A stretch of 64,000 bases of DNA, taken from positions 1 to 64,000 of IMG/VR virus record IMGVR_UViG_3300027779_002770. One strand, written 5' to 3'. The position numbers and the translations under genes were made by a program. Below the pieces are notes generated by a model. That model saw only the letters and a list, made by a program, of their open reading frames with translations. It searched no databases and was not told the origin of the DNA. Within the stretch, counting starts at the first letter, position 1. Each line of letters starts with the position of its first letter. Shown here piece by piece: positions 38,705-48,474 of this stretch. Source of the DNA: a virus.

Positions 38705-39996
38705 TGGGAAAACCGAGTGTTTTAGTTACTGCACCTGTTGCAACAAGATCAGGATACGGGGCAAGATCAAGAGACGTTGTGCATGCATTATTAAAATTAG
38801 ATAAGTATGACGTCAGTGTATTTCCTGTACCGTGGGGAACAACAGCACAAAATGCTCTAGTCATTGATAACCCTAGAGATAAAGCAATATTTGATTGTAT
38901 AGTAACAAGTCAAGATGCGCTACCAAAGAATCCTGATGTTCATATACATATCGTTGTTCCAAATGAATTTATGCCAGTTGGAAAATATAATATTGGAATA
39001 ACAGCCGGCCTCGAGGCAACAGCAATTCCGCAATCTTGGATCGAAGGTATTAATCGAATGGACTTGACACTGGTAAGCTCAGTATTTAGCAAGGATGTTT
39101 GTCTGCTAACAGAGTACACTGACAAGGCTGTAAACAAAGTTATGAAAGTTGAAAAGCCAGTTGAGGTTTTATTTGAAGGAACAGATACTGATATATTTCA
39201 TAAGAAAGCTTCAGGGTCAAGCTTCTCAAAGCCTATTGTTGATGTAATGAAACAAATTAAAGAGAACTGGTGCTTTTTATTTGTTGGCCATTGGCTTCAA
39301 GGACCAGAAGGACATGATAGAAAAGATGTTGCAAATCTTATTAGATCTTTTATGACAACTTTTAGAAATAAAAAAGATACTGCGCTAATACTAAAGACAT
39401 CTGGCGCAACAAATTGTGTATTAGATAGAGAAGAGTTATTACGAAAAATAAGAAATATAAAAATATCACTTGATCTCCCTGAGAGCGCGCTACCAAGTGT
39501 TTATCTATTACATGCAGATTTATATGATGATGAAGTGAATGATTTGTACAACCATCCAAAGGTAAAAGCTCATATTACATTTACACACGGAGAAGGATTT
39601 GGAAGGCCATTGCTAGAAGCAAGTCTGTCAGCTAAGCCAATTCTTGCTACAGGGTGGTCCGGACACACAGATTTTCTTAATAAAACCAATACAGTTTTAT
39701 TGCCAGGCAGCATGATAGATGTTCATCCTGCTTCACTTCCAGAGAATATTTTTGTCAAAGGACAACAATGGTTTTGTGTTAATTATCCTGAGGCAGCAAG
39801 ACAAATGCTAAGTGTTCGAAAAAATCATAAGGTATTTAAAGCAAAGGCTGCAAAACAAGCAATGTGGAACAAATCAAAATTTAGTTTTGATAGTATGACG
39901 AAGAGGTTAGGCAGTATATTAAATGATAATCTTCCAAAATTTACAGAAACAGTTATACCAAAGATTAACTTACCAAAATTAGAAAAAACATCATGA
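38704..39996 (+). CDS. glycosyltransferase family 4 (GT-B)
   Basis: SGYG, DRK, HGEGFGRPLLEA. Confidence 0.9.
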   Translation: MGKPSVLVTAPVATRSGYGARSRDVVHALLKLDKYDVSVFPVPWGTTAQNALVIDNPRDKAIFDCIVTSQDALPKNPDVHIHIVVPNEFMPVGKYNIGITAGLEATAIPQSWIEGINRMDLTLVSSVFSKDVCLLTEYTDKAVNKVMKVEKPVEVLFEGTDTDIFHKKASGSSFSKPIVDVMKQIKENWCFLFVGHWLQGPEGHDRKDVANLIRSFMTTFRNKKDTALILKTSGATNCVLDREELLRKIRNIKISLDLPESALPSVYLLHADLYDDEVNDLYNHPKVKAHITFTHGEGFGRPLLEASLSAKPILATGWSGHTDFLNKTNTVLLPGSMIDVHPASLPENIFVKGQQWFCVNYPEAARQMLSVRKNHKVFKAKAAKQAMWNKSKFSFDSMTKRLGSILNDNLPKFTETVIPKINLPKLEKTS

Positions 39997-40205
39997 TGCA
40001 ACTAGGCTCATCAATTGTGAAAGCTATAAGAAAAAAGCTTGAAGGCGAAATTGAAACTCATAAAGTTAACATTCAAATTATGCTTGAAAACACGGTTGGC
40101 ATTGCTAACCATCCTAATGTTATAGAGACAATTGAAGATAAGCTTAGCATTATGGCTGCTTGTGAAGATAAAATATTAGTTTTAGAAAAATACTTTGAGG
40201 TATGA
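39993..40205 (+). CDS. small phage hypothetical protein
   Basis: VGIANHPNVIETI motif; coupled ORF. Confidence 0.7.
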   Translation: MMQLGSSIVKAIRKKLEGEIETHKVNIQIMLENTVGIANHPNVIETIEDKLSIMAACEDKILVLEKYFEV

Positions 40206-40324
40206 ATATGATGTTAGCTATAATACCAAGCTTTATGCAAAATTGGGAAATGATCTACTTTTGTATGTTTTGCTTATTAATGATGGATTTTACAGATTGG
40301 ATAGATAGAAAATGGAAAAAGTAA
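40202..40324 (+). CDS. possible 40-aa membrane peptide (MNMMLAIIPSFMQNWEMIYFCMFCLLMMDFTDWIDRKWKK)
   Basis: ATGA overlap; fills the gap between genes; hydrophobic core. Confidence 0.4.
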   Translation: MNMMLAIIPSFMQNWEMIYFCMFCLLMMDFTDWIDRKWKK

Positions 40325-40758
40325 TACAATGTTTTGTGTGTGAAGATCTAGACCACTGCTTCGAAGAAGTACAAGAAGCATATAGCAGTTTTATGTGTTT
40401 TAAATGTGGCTTCATGAGTGATACAAGATTCAATAATGATCATGATAGAGAGTCTGAACAAAATATGGCGTTGTTAATGAATAAGATTAAAGTCTTTGAT
40501 GAAGTAAGAAGAATCTGGTGGTATCCCTCTGTTGTTAATATGGGTAAGTTGGGTATGATTTTTCCTGAAGGCTCTAGCAAATATGACTGGCAATGGAAAT
40601 TTGCTAAGGTCGTACCTGTTTCACAAGGTGATACTGCGGCAGAAGGTTATACTGAAAAATTAGATATTGAAAATGCAGATACCTATAACAAAGCTGATTT
40701 TATATCAGCTATCAAAGATATGGGAATAACAAAGGATCTAAGAAATGCGAAGAATTAG
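40312..40758 (+). CDS. hypothetical protein with Zn-ribbon
   Basis: CFVC...CFKCG. Confidence 0.7.
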   Translation: MEKVIQCFVCEDLDHCFEEVQEAYSSFMCFKCGFMSDTRFNNDHDRESEQNMALLMNKIKVFDEVRRIWWYPSVVNMGKLGMIFPEGSSKYDWQWKFAKVVPVSQGDTAAEGYTEKLDIENADTYNKADFISAIKDMGITKDLRNAKN

Positions 40759-41239
40759 TTGGGCATCTTCACAGCCAGGCCAAGTTGTAAAATTTAGATA
40801 CAAAGGCAAACGTCCAGGCGCAAAAGCTCGTCTTCGTGAGTGTTTTATTTTAAACCCACAACACATGTATAAACGAAAAGATGGAAAAAGAGTAAGATTA
40901 GTTCACGCAGTGCAATTTAGTGCAGTACCTCCCAAAAAAGGAACAAGAAATCTACAAACAAATCAAATTAGCATGATCTTAGAAGGACTATCAGATGAAT
41001 TATTACTTCTAGAAAGCGGTGAAGTGGAAGCTCTTGTAAAAAACCCACCAAGAGTGACATACCAAAAAGTTCAAAGATTGCTCAAGCAGATATCATCACC
41101 AATATACAGAACTTTTTCTTGGCAACTTCTTCAGAGAAGCGCTGTATTTGTTGTTGACGATCTTGAGTTGACACCTGCCCTTCAAAGCAAGCTAATTTCA
41201 TTCAGCCCTGATCCAAATGTTGATGAGTCTGACATATGA
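40745..41239 (+). CDS. basic hypothetical protein
   Basis: coupled ORF. Confidence 0.6.
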   Translation: MRRISWASSQPGQVVKFRYKGKRPGAKARLRECFILNPQHMYKRKDGKRVRLVHAVQFSAVPPKKGTRNLQTNQISMILEGLSDELLLLESGEVEALVKNPPRVTYQKVQRLLKQISSPIYRTFSWQLLQRSAVFVVDDLELTPALQSKLISFSPDPNVDESDI

Positions 41240-41871
41240 TTTCAATAAGTTACGCGGTTACAACACATAATGAACATAAAGAGATAGAAGAGCTTATACC
41301 TTTTATACTAAATAATAAAGATAAAGAAGATGAGCTAGTTATCCTTGATGATTATTCCAGCTATGAGACATGGCGAGTATTTGATGAGTACATTCATATT
41401 CCAGATGCAAATATTAAATTTGTAGAACGTGGATTTCATGGAGACTTTTCTACACATAAAAATTTTATGAATGATCAATGCAGTGGAGATTGGATTGTTA
41501 ATATTGATGCCGATGAAATGCCAAATAAATTTTTAATGTCAAATATTAAGGGTTTACTAGAGGCGAATCCAGAAGTTGAATTATTTTGGGTGCCAAGAGT
41601 GAATACTGTCAAGGGTATAACACCACAACATGCAAGACAATGGCATTATAAGATAAATGAACAGGGATGGGTTAATTGGCCAGACCCACAACAAAGAATT
41701 TATAAAAATAAAGATGATATTAAGTGGACAAGAAGAGTTCATGAACGATTAATTGGTGCAAAAAAAGATGCATTCTTGCCGTATGAAGAACAATGGTGTT
41801 TTTATCATCATAAGACAATAGAAAAACAAGAAGCACAAAATAAGTTATATGGAGACATACAAGCTAATTGA
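41236..41871 (+). CDS. glycosyltransferase family 2
   Basis: TTHNE, LDDYS, IDADE (DxD), RVHE. Confidence 0.9.
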   Translation: MISISYAVTTHNEHKEIEELIPFILNNKDKEDELVILDDYSSYETWRVFDEYIHIPDANIKFVERGFHGDFSTHKNFMNDQCSGDWIVNIDADEMPNKFLMSNIKGLLEANPEVELFWVPRVNTVKGITPQHARQWHYKINEQGWVNWPDPQQRIYKNKDDIKWTRRVHERLIGAKKDAFLPYEEQWCFYHHKTIEKQEAQNKLYGDIQAN

Positions 41872-42643
41872 GTTTATAGTTCCAGAACCTTTTCGTTTTG
41901 GAAATAGAACTAATACAACAGCAGATGATTTAAGATCTGTTCGAGGTGATGTGAAAATATCATCTAGATTAAATGAGCGTTTAAAGGGCAAGTCAGTTAT
42001 TATAATAGGTCCTTCTCCATACTTACAAGGGTTAGGCAGAGGAAAAGAAATTGATAAATTTGATGTGGTTATTAGGCTAAATAAAGGCTGGAATGTTAGC
42101 AAAGAACTACAAGCTGATTATGGAAAAAAGACGACAATGAGGTATCATTGTATGATGGAACATGAAAGTAATGGTGGAAAATACGACATAAGTGGTATGA
42201 AAGACTATGGCGTAGAATGGTTGGCATCCCAATTTCCATATAATCTAGACTATTTCCATGAAGATAATAAAAAATTTAGAGATCTAAATGAAAATCAAAT
42301 TAATTTTCATGTTCCAGCTGATTTATTATATCACTTAAACTTACATGAAATGATGGAGACAAGAGCAAATGTTGCAACGTCAGCAGTCTTTGATTTAATC
42401 AATTATGACATAGATCATTTACACCTATCAGGTATCTCATTTTATAGAGATGGATGGGTTGGTAATTATAAAGACGGTGCTGAAAATACAGATGATGAGG
42501 GCAATTATAAAATGGACATGAAACATATGCAGAAAGAAGGTCACGCACAGGAAGCACAAATGCATTTACTTAAACTTTTATTATCAACGGACGACAAGTT
42601 TTCTGTTGATAATGAGATACAAAATATACTGGAGTCAAAATGA
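41849..42643 (+). CDS. GT29 (sialyltransferase-like) glycosyltransferase
   Basis: sialylmotif-L-like SVIIIGPSPYL...GKEIDKFDVVIRLN...DYGKKT; motif-S-like segment and terminal His (GHAQEAQ). Confidence 0.75.
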   Translation: METYKLIEFIVPEPFRFGNRTNTTADDLRSVRGDVKISSRLNERLKGKSVIIIGPSPYLQGLGRGKEIDKFDVVIRLNKGWNVSKELQADYGKKTTMRYHCMMEHESNGGKYDISGMKDYGVEWLASQFPYNLDYFHEDNKKFRDLNENQINFHVPADLLYHLNLHEMMETRANVATSAVFDLINYDIDHLHLSGISFYRDGWVGNYKDGAENTDDEGNYKMDMKHMQKEGHAQEAQMHLLKLLLSTDDKFSVDNEIQNILESK

Positions 42644-43614
42644 ATTCTTTAAACATACATGATCAGAAAATATTAATTACAGGTGGCGCAGGTTATATTG
42701 GAACGGAGCTCACGAAGTTACTATTAGAAAGCGGATACTATGTCACAGTGTACGATAGGTTAATGTACGATGGTGCAGTTTTAATTCCATTTTTCAGCGA
42801 TCCAAATTTCAACTTTATAAAAGGAGACATCCTAGACAAAGACAAATTATCAGATGCAATGACAGATAAAGATGTTATTATTCATTTAGCAGCTGTTGTG
42901 GGCTATTTTGCATGTGACAAGAATAAGAACATGTCAACAGATATTAATGTACAAGGTACACAAAATGTACTTGACGCAATTGAACCATCTCAACTGCTAT
43001 TATTCGGATCAACAGGATCAAATTACGGCAAAGTTGATGGTATATGTCTCGAGACAACGCCGTTAAACCCATCAACACTTTATGGAAGAACAAAAACAGA
43101 AGCAGAAGATATTGTAATGAATCAACATAATAATTCAATTGCGTATAGATTTGCAACAGCATTCGGTATTTCACCAAGACTTCGTATGGATTTATTAATA
43201 AATGATCTTGTGTATAAAGCTGTAACTGAGGGAGCATTAGTAATCTATCAATCAAGCGCAATGAGAACATTCATTCATGTTAGAGATATGGCGATGTCAT
43301 TTTTATTTGCAATTGTAAATCATGATAAAATGTCAGGTGAAGTATACAATTGCGGATCTAATGACTTAAACTATTCAAAACGTGATATTTGTGATATGAT
43401 TAAGGATAAGACTGGGTGCTATATACACTATAATGATTTTGACTATGACAAAGATAACAGAGATTATGAGGTATCGTATGACAAGTTATATGATTTGGGC
43501 TATGATATCAGTGTAAGTATTGATGAAGGGATTGATGAATTATTAAATGTTTACAATGTACTAAATTTTGTTGATAAGAGATATTTGAATACTGGATTTC
43601 CAGAAATAAATTAA
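42640..43614 (+). CDS. NAD-dependent nucleotide-sugar epimerase/dehydratase
   Basis: TGGAGYIG, HLAAVVG, YGRTK. Confidence 0.92.
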   Translation: MNSLNIHDQKILITGGAGYIGTELTKLLLESGYYVTVYDRLMYDGAVLIPFFSDPNFNFIKGDILDKDKLSDAMTDKDVIIHLAAVVGYFACDKNKNMSTDINVQGTQNVLDAIEPSQLLLFGSTGSNYGKVDGICLETTPLNPSTLYGRTKTEAEDIVMNQHNNSIAYRFATAFGISPRLRMDLLINDLVYKAVTEGALVIYQSSAMRTFIHVRDMAMSFLFAIVNHDKMSGEVYNCGSNDLNYSKRDICDMIKDKTGCYIHYNDFDYDKDNRDYEVSYDKLYDLGYDISVSIDEGIDELLNVYNVLNFVDKRYLNTGFPEIN

Positions 43615-43623
43615 GGAGTTATA

Positions 43624-44868
43624 ATGAAAACAATAGAGACATATTGGCCGCTAATGAAAGACTGCATAACACAGGAAGATAAAGATGAAATGCTACAGTT
43701 TATTAGCACATCAAATAGATTTACAAATGGACCTCATGTAAAAGAATTTGAGAAACAATGGTCTGCGTGGCTGGGTGTTAAAAAATCATTATTTGTTTCC
43801 TCAGGTAGCACAGCAAATTTTTTATTGTTAGCTTCGCTTAAAGAATTATATGGATTAAAAGATGGAGATAAAGTTGTTGTTCCTGCTATAACATGGGTAA
43901 CTAATATTTCACCAGTGATTCAACTAGGACTTAAACCAATTTTTTGTGATGTAGATAAAAGAACATTTTCATTTGATAAAAAAGCACTTTATAAAATTGC
44001 AAAAGAACATGATGATATAAAAGCATGTTTTGTATCACATTTATTCGGCGTCCCTGCAGAAATAGAAGATTATAAATCCATATTTAAAGATGCAGGATAT
44101 GACTATGAATATGTTAAATGGATTGAAGATGTATGTGAATCACATGGAGCAGTCTGTGACGGCCAGATGGGCGTAGCAAATGCTGGTACACTGAGTGAGG
44201 GATCAACATTTAGTTTTTATTTTGGGCATCACATGACAACAGTTGAAGGCGGAATGGTATCAACTGACAATGAAGAGTTGTATCAAGTAATGAAAGCAAA
44301 AAGATCACATGGAATGGCGCGTGAATTAGATGAAGAATATTATGAAGCAGCTAAGAAGAAGAATCCTAAAATTCATCCAATGTTCTTATTTGTTACAGAT
44401 GGCTATAATTTTAGAAATACAGAAATATATGCTGTTCTTGGCAAAAGTCAATTAAAAAGATTGAACTCGCAAAATTTCCAACGTAAGCAAAATTATAACC
44501 GATTTTTAGAAATAATCTCTGAGTATAAGTCTTTTATACATAATGATCTTATTAAAGAAGGCGTTTCATCATTCTGTTTACAATTTATTTGTAAGACAGA
44601 AGCAATCAGAAATAAGCTTGAAAAATCTTTACAAGAAGCTGGTGTTGAAACAAGGCCACTTTGCAGTGGAAATTTATTACGTCAACCATTTTTAACAGAA
44701 TATGGTTATAAGCCAGAAGACTTCCCAAATGCAGAATATCTAGATGCGCATGGCTTTTTTATAGGAAATAATCATTTAATAACAGATGATGATTTTAATA
44801 AACTTCATGCTAATATTGATGCTGTATGCAAACAGATGTCAGAAAAAGTTACAAAATTAAACAAATAA
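43624..44868 (+). CDS. PLP-dependent DegT/DnrJ-family enzyme, ColD/RfbH-type 3-dehydratase
   Basis: SSGSTAN, EDVCESHGA, SFYFGHHMTTVEGG (His in place of the Schiff-base Lys). Confidence 0.85.
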   Translation: MKTIETYWPLMKDCITQEDKDEMLQFISTSNRFTNGPHVKEFEKQWSAWLGVKKSLFVSSGSTANFLLLASLKELYGLKDGDKVVVPAITWVTNISPVIQLGLKPIFCDVDKRTFSFDKKALYKIAKEHDDIKACFVSHLFGVPAEIEDYKSIFKDAGYDYEYVKWIEDVCESHGAVCDGQMGVANAGTLSEGSTFSFYFGHHMTTVEGGMVSTDNEELYQVMKAKRSHGMARELDEEYYEAAKKKNPKIHPMFLFVTDGYNFRNTEIYAVLGKSQLKRLNSQNFQRKQNYNRFLEIISEYKSFIHNDLIKEGVSSFCLQFICKTEAIRNKLEKSLQEAGVETRPLCSGNLLRQPFLTEYGYKPEDFPNAEYLDAHGFFIGNNHLITDDDFNKLHANIDAVCKQMSEKVTKLNK

Positions 44869-44873
44869 AAGCC

Positions 44874-44902
44874 TTTACATTTAAACAAAAAAGGGTTAGA
44901 TT
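44874..44902 (+). promoter_or_regulatory. sigma70-type promoter TTTACA-N17-TAGATT
   Basis: near copy of the 29761-29806 element (AAAAGCCTTTACA...TTAGATTCTAATACAATAA). Confidence 0.75.
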
Positions 44903-44929
44903 CTAATACAATAATCAAAGGAATACAGA

Positions 44930-45112
44930 ATGACAAGAAGAGAAGAGCTAGACACAAAGCATGAATTTTCAATTTACGGAGTGTTTAGATTTGCAGCGTA
45001 CTTACTGGCTTCAATGGCCATGTACTTAGATAATTTACAAATAGCTGCAATAGCATTTGGATTTGGAGCCACACTTGGCTTTATTCGTAGGCTAGCAAGG
45101 ATTTGGGAATAA
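44930..45112 (+). CDS. small two-TM membrane protein
   Basis: two hydrophobic segments; AAGGA SD. Confidence 0.6.
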   Translation: MTRREELDTKHEFSIYGVFRFAAYLLASMAMYLDNLQIAAIAFGFGATLGFIRRLARIWE

Positions 45113-45152
45113 TAATTACCATGAAAATAAAATACAAAAAGGAAACAACAAA

Positions 45153-45368
45153 ATGAAATACTATGTTGCAACAGTTATACAGGAAATAGAAGTACCGGTT
45201 GGTAACAAAGGCCAGGTGAAGACAAAGAAACTAAAAGAAGAAATTCTTGTAGGTGAATCTACATCTGTATCTATTGTCGAAAAGAAAGTTGGCGAATTGA
45301 TGTCTGCTAATCCCAATGAGTGGGAACTAACGTCAGTAAGAGAATCACGCATTGTAGAAGTAATTTAA
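45153..45368 (+). CDS. small hypothetical protein
   Basis: AAGGA SD; ends SVRESRIVEVI. Confidence 0.65.
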   Translation: MKYYVATVIQEIEVPVGNKGQVKTKKLKEEILVGESTSVSIVEKKVGELMSANPNEWELTSVRESRIVEVI

Positions 45369-45383
45369 CAAAAAGGAATTAAT

Positions 45384-45620
45384 ATGCCAAGAATGAAAAA
45401 ATATGTAAGAGAGACAATAAGAAGAAAATGTCATCATTGTGGAAAGATGGCGACAAATCCGCTTGTCCACCATACAGTCCCGGGATTAATGGTTATCGGT
45501 GAGGCACCACCTACATATTCTAGAAATGCAGTGAAAACTAATCGAGTTGATTTGCGGGGTGATATGAAGATAATAACTAAAAATTATTGTAATAGAGAAT
45601 GTAAACGGCTGGCAACGTGA
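45384..45620 (+). CDS. small Zn-finger-like protein
   Basis: CHHC...YCNREC. Confidence 0.6.
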   Translation: MPRMKKYVRETIRRKCHHCGKMATNPLVHHTVPGLMVIGEAPPTYSRNAVKTNRVDLRGDMKIITKNYCNRECKRLAT

Positions 45621-46636
45621 TTCACAAAGACAAATACGTAATTTATCTTTGTGGTTATACACAGTTTGGGCATACAAATTGGTATCCGTGGAAAAAATTC
45701 TATGATGTTTTCAAGCATTTAGGCTATGAAGTATACTGGACAGAAAAAGAACAAATAAAAAAGCACACAGGAAAAAATAGAGTTTTTATTACTTGGTGCA
45801 ATCCTGATACTATTGAACTTTTGAACGATAGCATTTATGAAGAAGGTGATGTAATTTTGCATAAGTTAGTTGCATTTGGTCAATATGATTCTGGCATAGA
45901 GTGGGGAAATAACATGGATGAGTGTCTAGAATTTTTTAAAAATTTTAGATGGTCGTTATACCAAGTTTTAGAACAAGCTTATGATGCAGGTGTTAATATA
46001 TGGGGATTCGGCGCAAAAACAGAACATAAAGGTTTTGGTGAGAAAGAAAGAATTGTAGAGAAATTAAAAGATAGAATCTTTTGGATCCCATGGGGATCTA
46101 GTCTATGTACATATGATGAGGTTTATAACTCAAAACCGATTATGGACGGATTTACACAAGATCTGGGTTTTGTTGGCTCAATATGGGGAACGCCAGGAAG
46201 AGGAAATATAATGTCAGTTCAAGATTATATGGTTCCTCTTTTAGATGATCCAGAAATAACGTCAGATCTTGGAGGTCCAGGAACAGCTAGAGGACATGTT
46301 GATGATGCAACACACATGCATATTCTAAGACATTCGCGTGTTTGTCCAATTATTAATGCACCATCTTTTAAGGTTGAAAAAGGTGTCATGGACAGATTTT
46401 GGACAATTCATACAATAGGGAGATTTGGCGTTGCAGATACAGAAGGCGTCTATGAATTTTTTAATGAAGATGAGGTTGTATATGCAGCAACACCTGAAGA
46501 ATGGAGAGATAAAGTAAAATATTACATAAAGAATGTTGATAAGCAACTTCCTTTTATAGAAAAGATACAAAAAAGAATTAGAGAAGAGTACAATTATTAT
46601 CACACATGGGAAAATATTTTAAATTCTGCAAATTGA
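45617..46636 (+). CDS. glycosyltransferase (GT-B, CgeB-like C-terminus)
   Basis: GFVGS, MDRFW, FFNEDEVV...EEYNY. Confidence 0.7.
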   Translation: MIHKDKYVIYLCGYTQFGHTNWYPWKKFYDVFKHLGYEVYWTEKEQIKKHTGKNRVFITWCNPDTIELLNDSIYEEGDVILHKLVAFGQYDSGIEWGNNMDECLEFFKNFRWSLYQVLEQAYDAGVNIWGFGAKTEHKGFGEKERIVEKLKDRIFWIPWGSSLCTYDEVYNSKPIMDGFTQDLGFVGSIWGTPGRGNIMSVQDYMVPLLDDPEITSDLGGPGTARGHVDDATHMHILRHSRVCPIINAPSFKVEKGVMDRFWTIHTIGRFGVADTEGVYEFFNEDEVVYAATPEEWRDKVKYYIKNVDKQLPFIEKIQKRIREEYNYYHTWENILNSAN

Positions 46637-46671
46637 ATACTATATATATTAATGTAAAATAAAAAGTTATA

Positions 46672-47094
46672 ATGAAATCAGAAACAGATGTTGTAAAAGT
46701 GTTGCAAGATGATGGTCTAAAAGATATAGACTGGAATACTTTAGAAAAGTATCAAAATGCAACAACCACTAATTTAGATAACCTTAGAGATGAGTTCGGA
46801 TGGCATGATTCATGGGCAGTGAGAATCGCTTACAATGATGCCTTTGGTGGCGTCATAATAAATCAACAGTCAGGAGAAGGCAATAGAAAGCATTACCATC
46901 CAGATGCAGATGAAAACTGGGTCATTCTTGATGGTGAATGGGAGTGGTGGATAGATGGACAAGGCACAAAAAAAGTATGGCAGAATGATATCATAGTGGT
47001 TCCAAAAGGAGTACCACACCTAATAAAATGCATTAGAGGCCCAGGAGCTAGATATGCAATAACAAAACCGGATGTAAATCATGTATACGCTTAA
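46672..47094 (+). CDS. cupin-domain protein
   Basis: HYHPDADENW...GE...VPKGVPH. Confidence 0.88.
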   Translation: MKSETDVVKVLQDDGLKDIDWNTLEKYQNATTTNLDNLRDEFGWHDSWAVRIAYNDAFGGVIINQQSGEGNRKHYHPDADENWVILDGEWEWWIDGQGTKKVWQNDIIVVPKGVPHLIKCIRGPGARYAITKPDVNHVYA

Positions 47095-47110
47095 AGAAGA
47101 AAATATTGGA

Positions 47111-47830
47111 ATGCCATATAAAAAAGCATTAGTTGTAGGTGGCAGTAAAGGAATTGGGAAAGGTATTGTAAATGCATTTCAAGGGCTTGGATACGATACA
47201 TACTATTTTTCTAGAACAGAAAAGCCAAAAGAAAGAGTTCCAAGTCAAAGACCCTATCACCATTCAACTCATATTAAAGTAGATCTAAGTTCTTCAGGAA
47301 ATATCATGGCAGGATTTAAGCAATATGATAAATATGAAAGCTCGCTTGACATACTAGTCAATGCTGCAGGAATAAACTACTGTAAGCATAATGAAGAAAT
47401 TTCAAATAATGAATGGGATGAAGTTTTAAATACAAATTTAAGATCGTTCTTTATTACATGCAGAGAAGCAATAAATAGAATGCCCGCCGGCGGAAAAATA
47501 GTGAATGTATCATCAATTGCAGGGCGAAATAAAAGTATCGTTAGTGGCGTCCACTATACAGCATCAAAGGCAGGAATCATTGGGTTAACACGCCAATTGG
47601 CACATGAAGTAGAGGACATTAATATTAATTGCGTGTGTCCGAGCCAAACACTGACTAAAATGCTAGATAAATCAATGAATGAAAAACAAAAGAAAGAATT
47701 AGCATCAAAAATACCGCTTAAAAGATTGGCAACAGTTGATGAAATTGTTAAGCCAATTCTATTTTTATGTTCTAATGATGCAGCATATATTCACGGCGCA
47801 TGTCTGGATATAAACGGAGGTCAATTATAA
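47111..47830 (+). CDS. short-chain dehydrogenase/reductase
   Basis: GGSKGIG, NAAG, YTASK; start may be 47081 or 47111. Confidence 0.92.
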   Translation: MPYKKALVVGGSKGIGKGIVNAFQGLGYDTYYFSRTEKPKERVPSQRPYHHSTHIKVDLSSSGNIMAGFKQYDKYESSLDILVNAAGINYCKHNEEISNNEWDEVLNTNLRSFFITCREAINRMPAGGKIVNVSSIAGRNKSIVSGVHYTASKAGIIGLTRQLAHEVEDININCVCPSQTLTKMLDKSMNEKQKKELASKIPLKRLATVDEIVKPILFLCSNDAAYIHGACLDINGGQL

Positions 47831-48474
47831 TGATAGCTGTTATTGCTGTTAGAGCCGGCTCACAAAGAATTAAAAATAAGAATTTACAAAAATTAGGTGA
47901 GCTAACATTGTTAGAGCATAAGATTAATACTTTGTTAAAAGTCCGCGCAGCAGGATTTATAGATAGTATTGTTGTCAATAGCGATAGTGAAGAAATGTTA
48001 AAGATAGGAGCTGATGCCGGCATTGAGACACAGAAGAGGGACGCTTATTTTGCTAGCTCAGACTGCACAAATTCTGAATTTCATAGACATATTGGTGAAG
48101 TAACAAAAGCAGATGATATATTTTTAGCGCCTGTTTGCTCACCATTTGTTACTGTAGCAACGCATATTACTGCAATAAAATATTATCATGATAAGTCATT
48201 CGATTCACTAACATCAGTTACTGACGTAAAAAATCATTTGTGGATGGGTGGACATCCTCTAAACTATGAATTAGATAATGTACCAAATAGTCAGGATCTT
48301 CCTGATGTTGTAAAATTAAATTATGGTGTTACAATAGTAAAGAAAGAAATTATGAGAGCTCTAGGGCGAGTTGTTGGAGATAATCCTGGATTTTTAAAAA
48401 TTGATGAAAAAGAATCAATTGATATTGACACACCATTTGATCTCGCAATTGCAAGGGGAATTTTAAATGCTTAA
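47830..48474 (+). CDS. CMP-ulosonate synthetase-like cytidylyltransferase (NeuA/KdsB family)
   Basis: VRAGSQRIKNKN, SPF, SIDIDTPFD; GGAGG SD supports start 47830. Confidence 0.88.
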   Translation: MIAVIAVRAGSQRIKNKNLQKLGELTLLEHKINTLLKVRAAGFIDSIVVNSDSEEMLKIGADAGIETQKRDAYFASSDCTNSEFHRHIGEVTKADDIFLAPVCSPFVTVATHITAIKYYHDKSFDSLTSVTDVKNHLWMGGHPLNYELDNVPNSQDLPDVVKLNYGVTIVKKEIMRALGRVVGDNPGFLKIDEKESIDIDTPFDLAIARGILNA

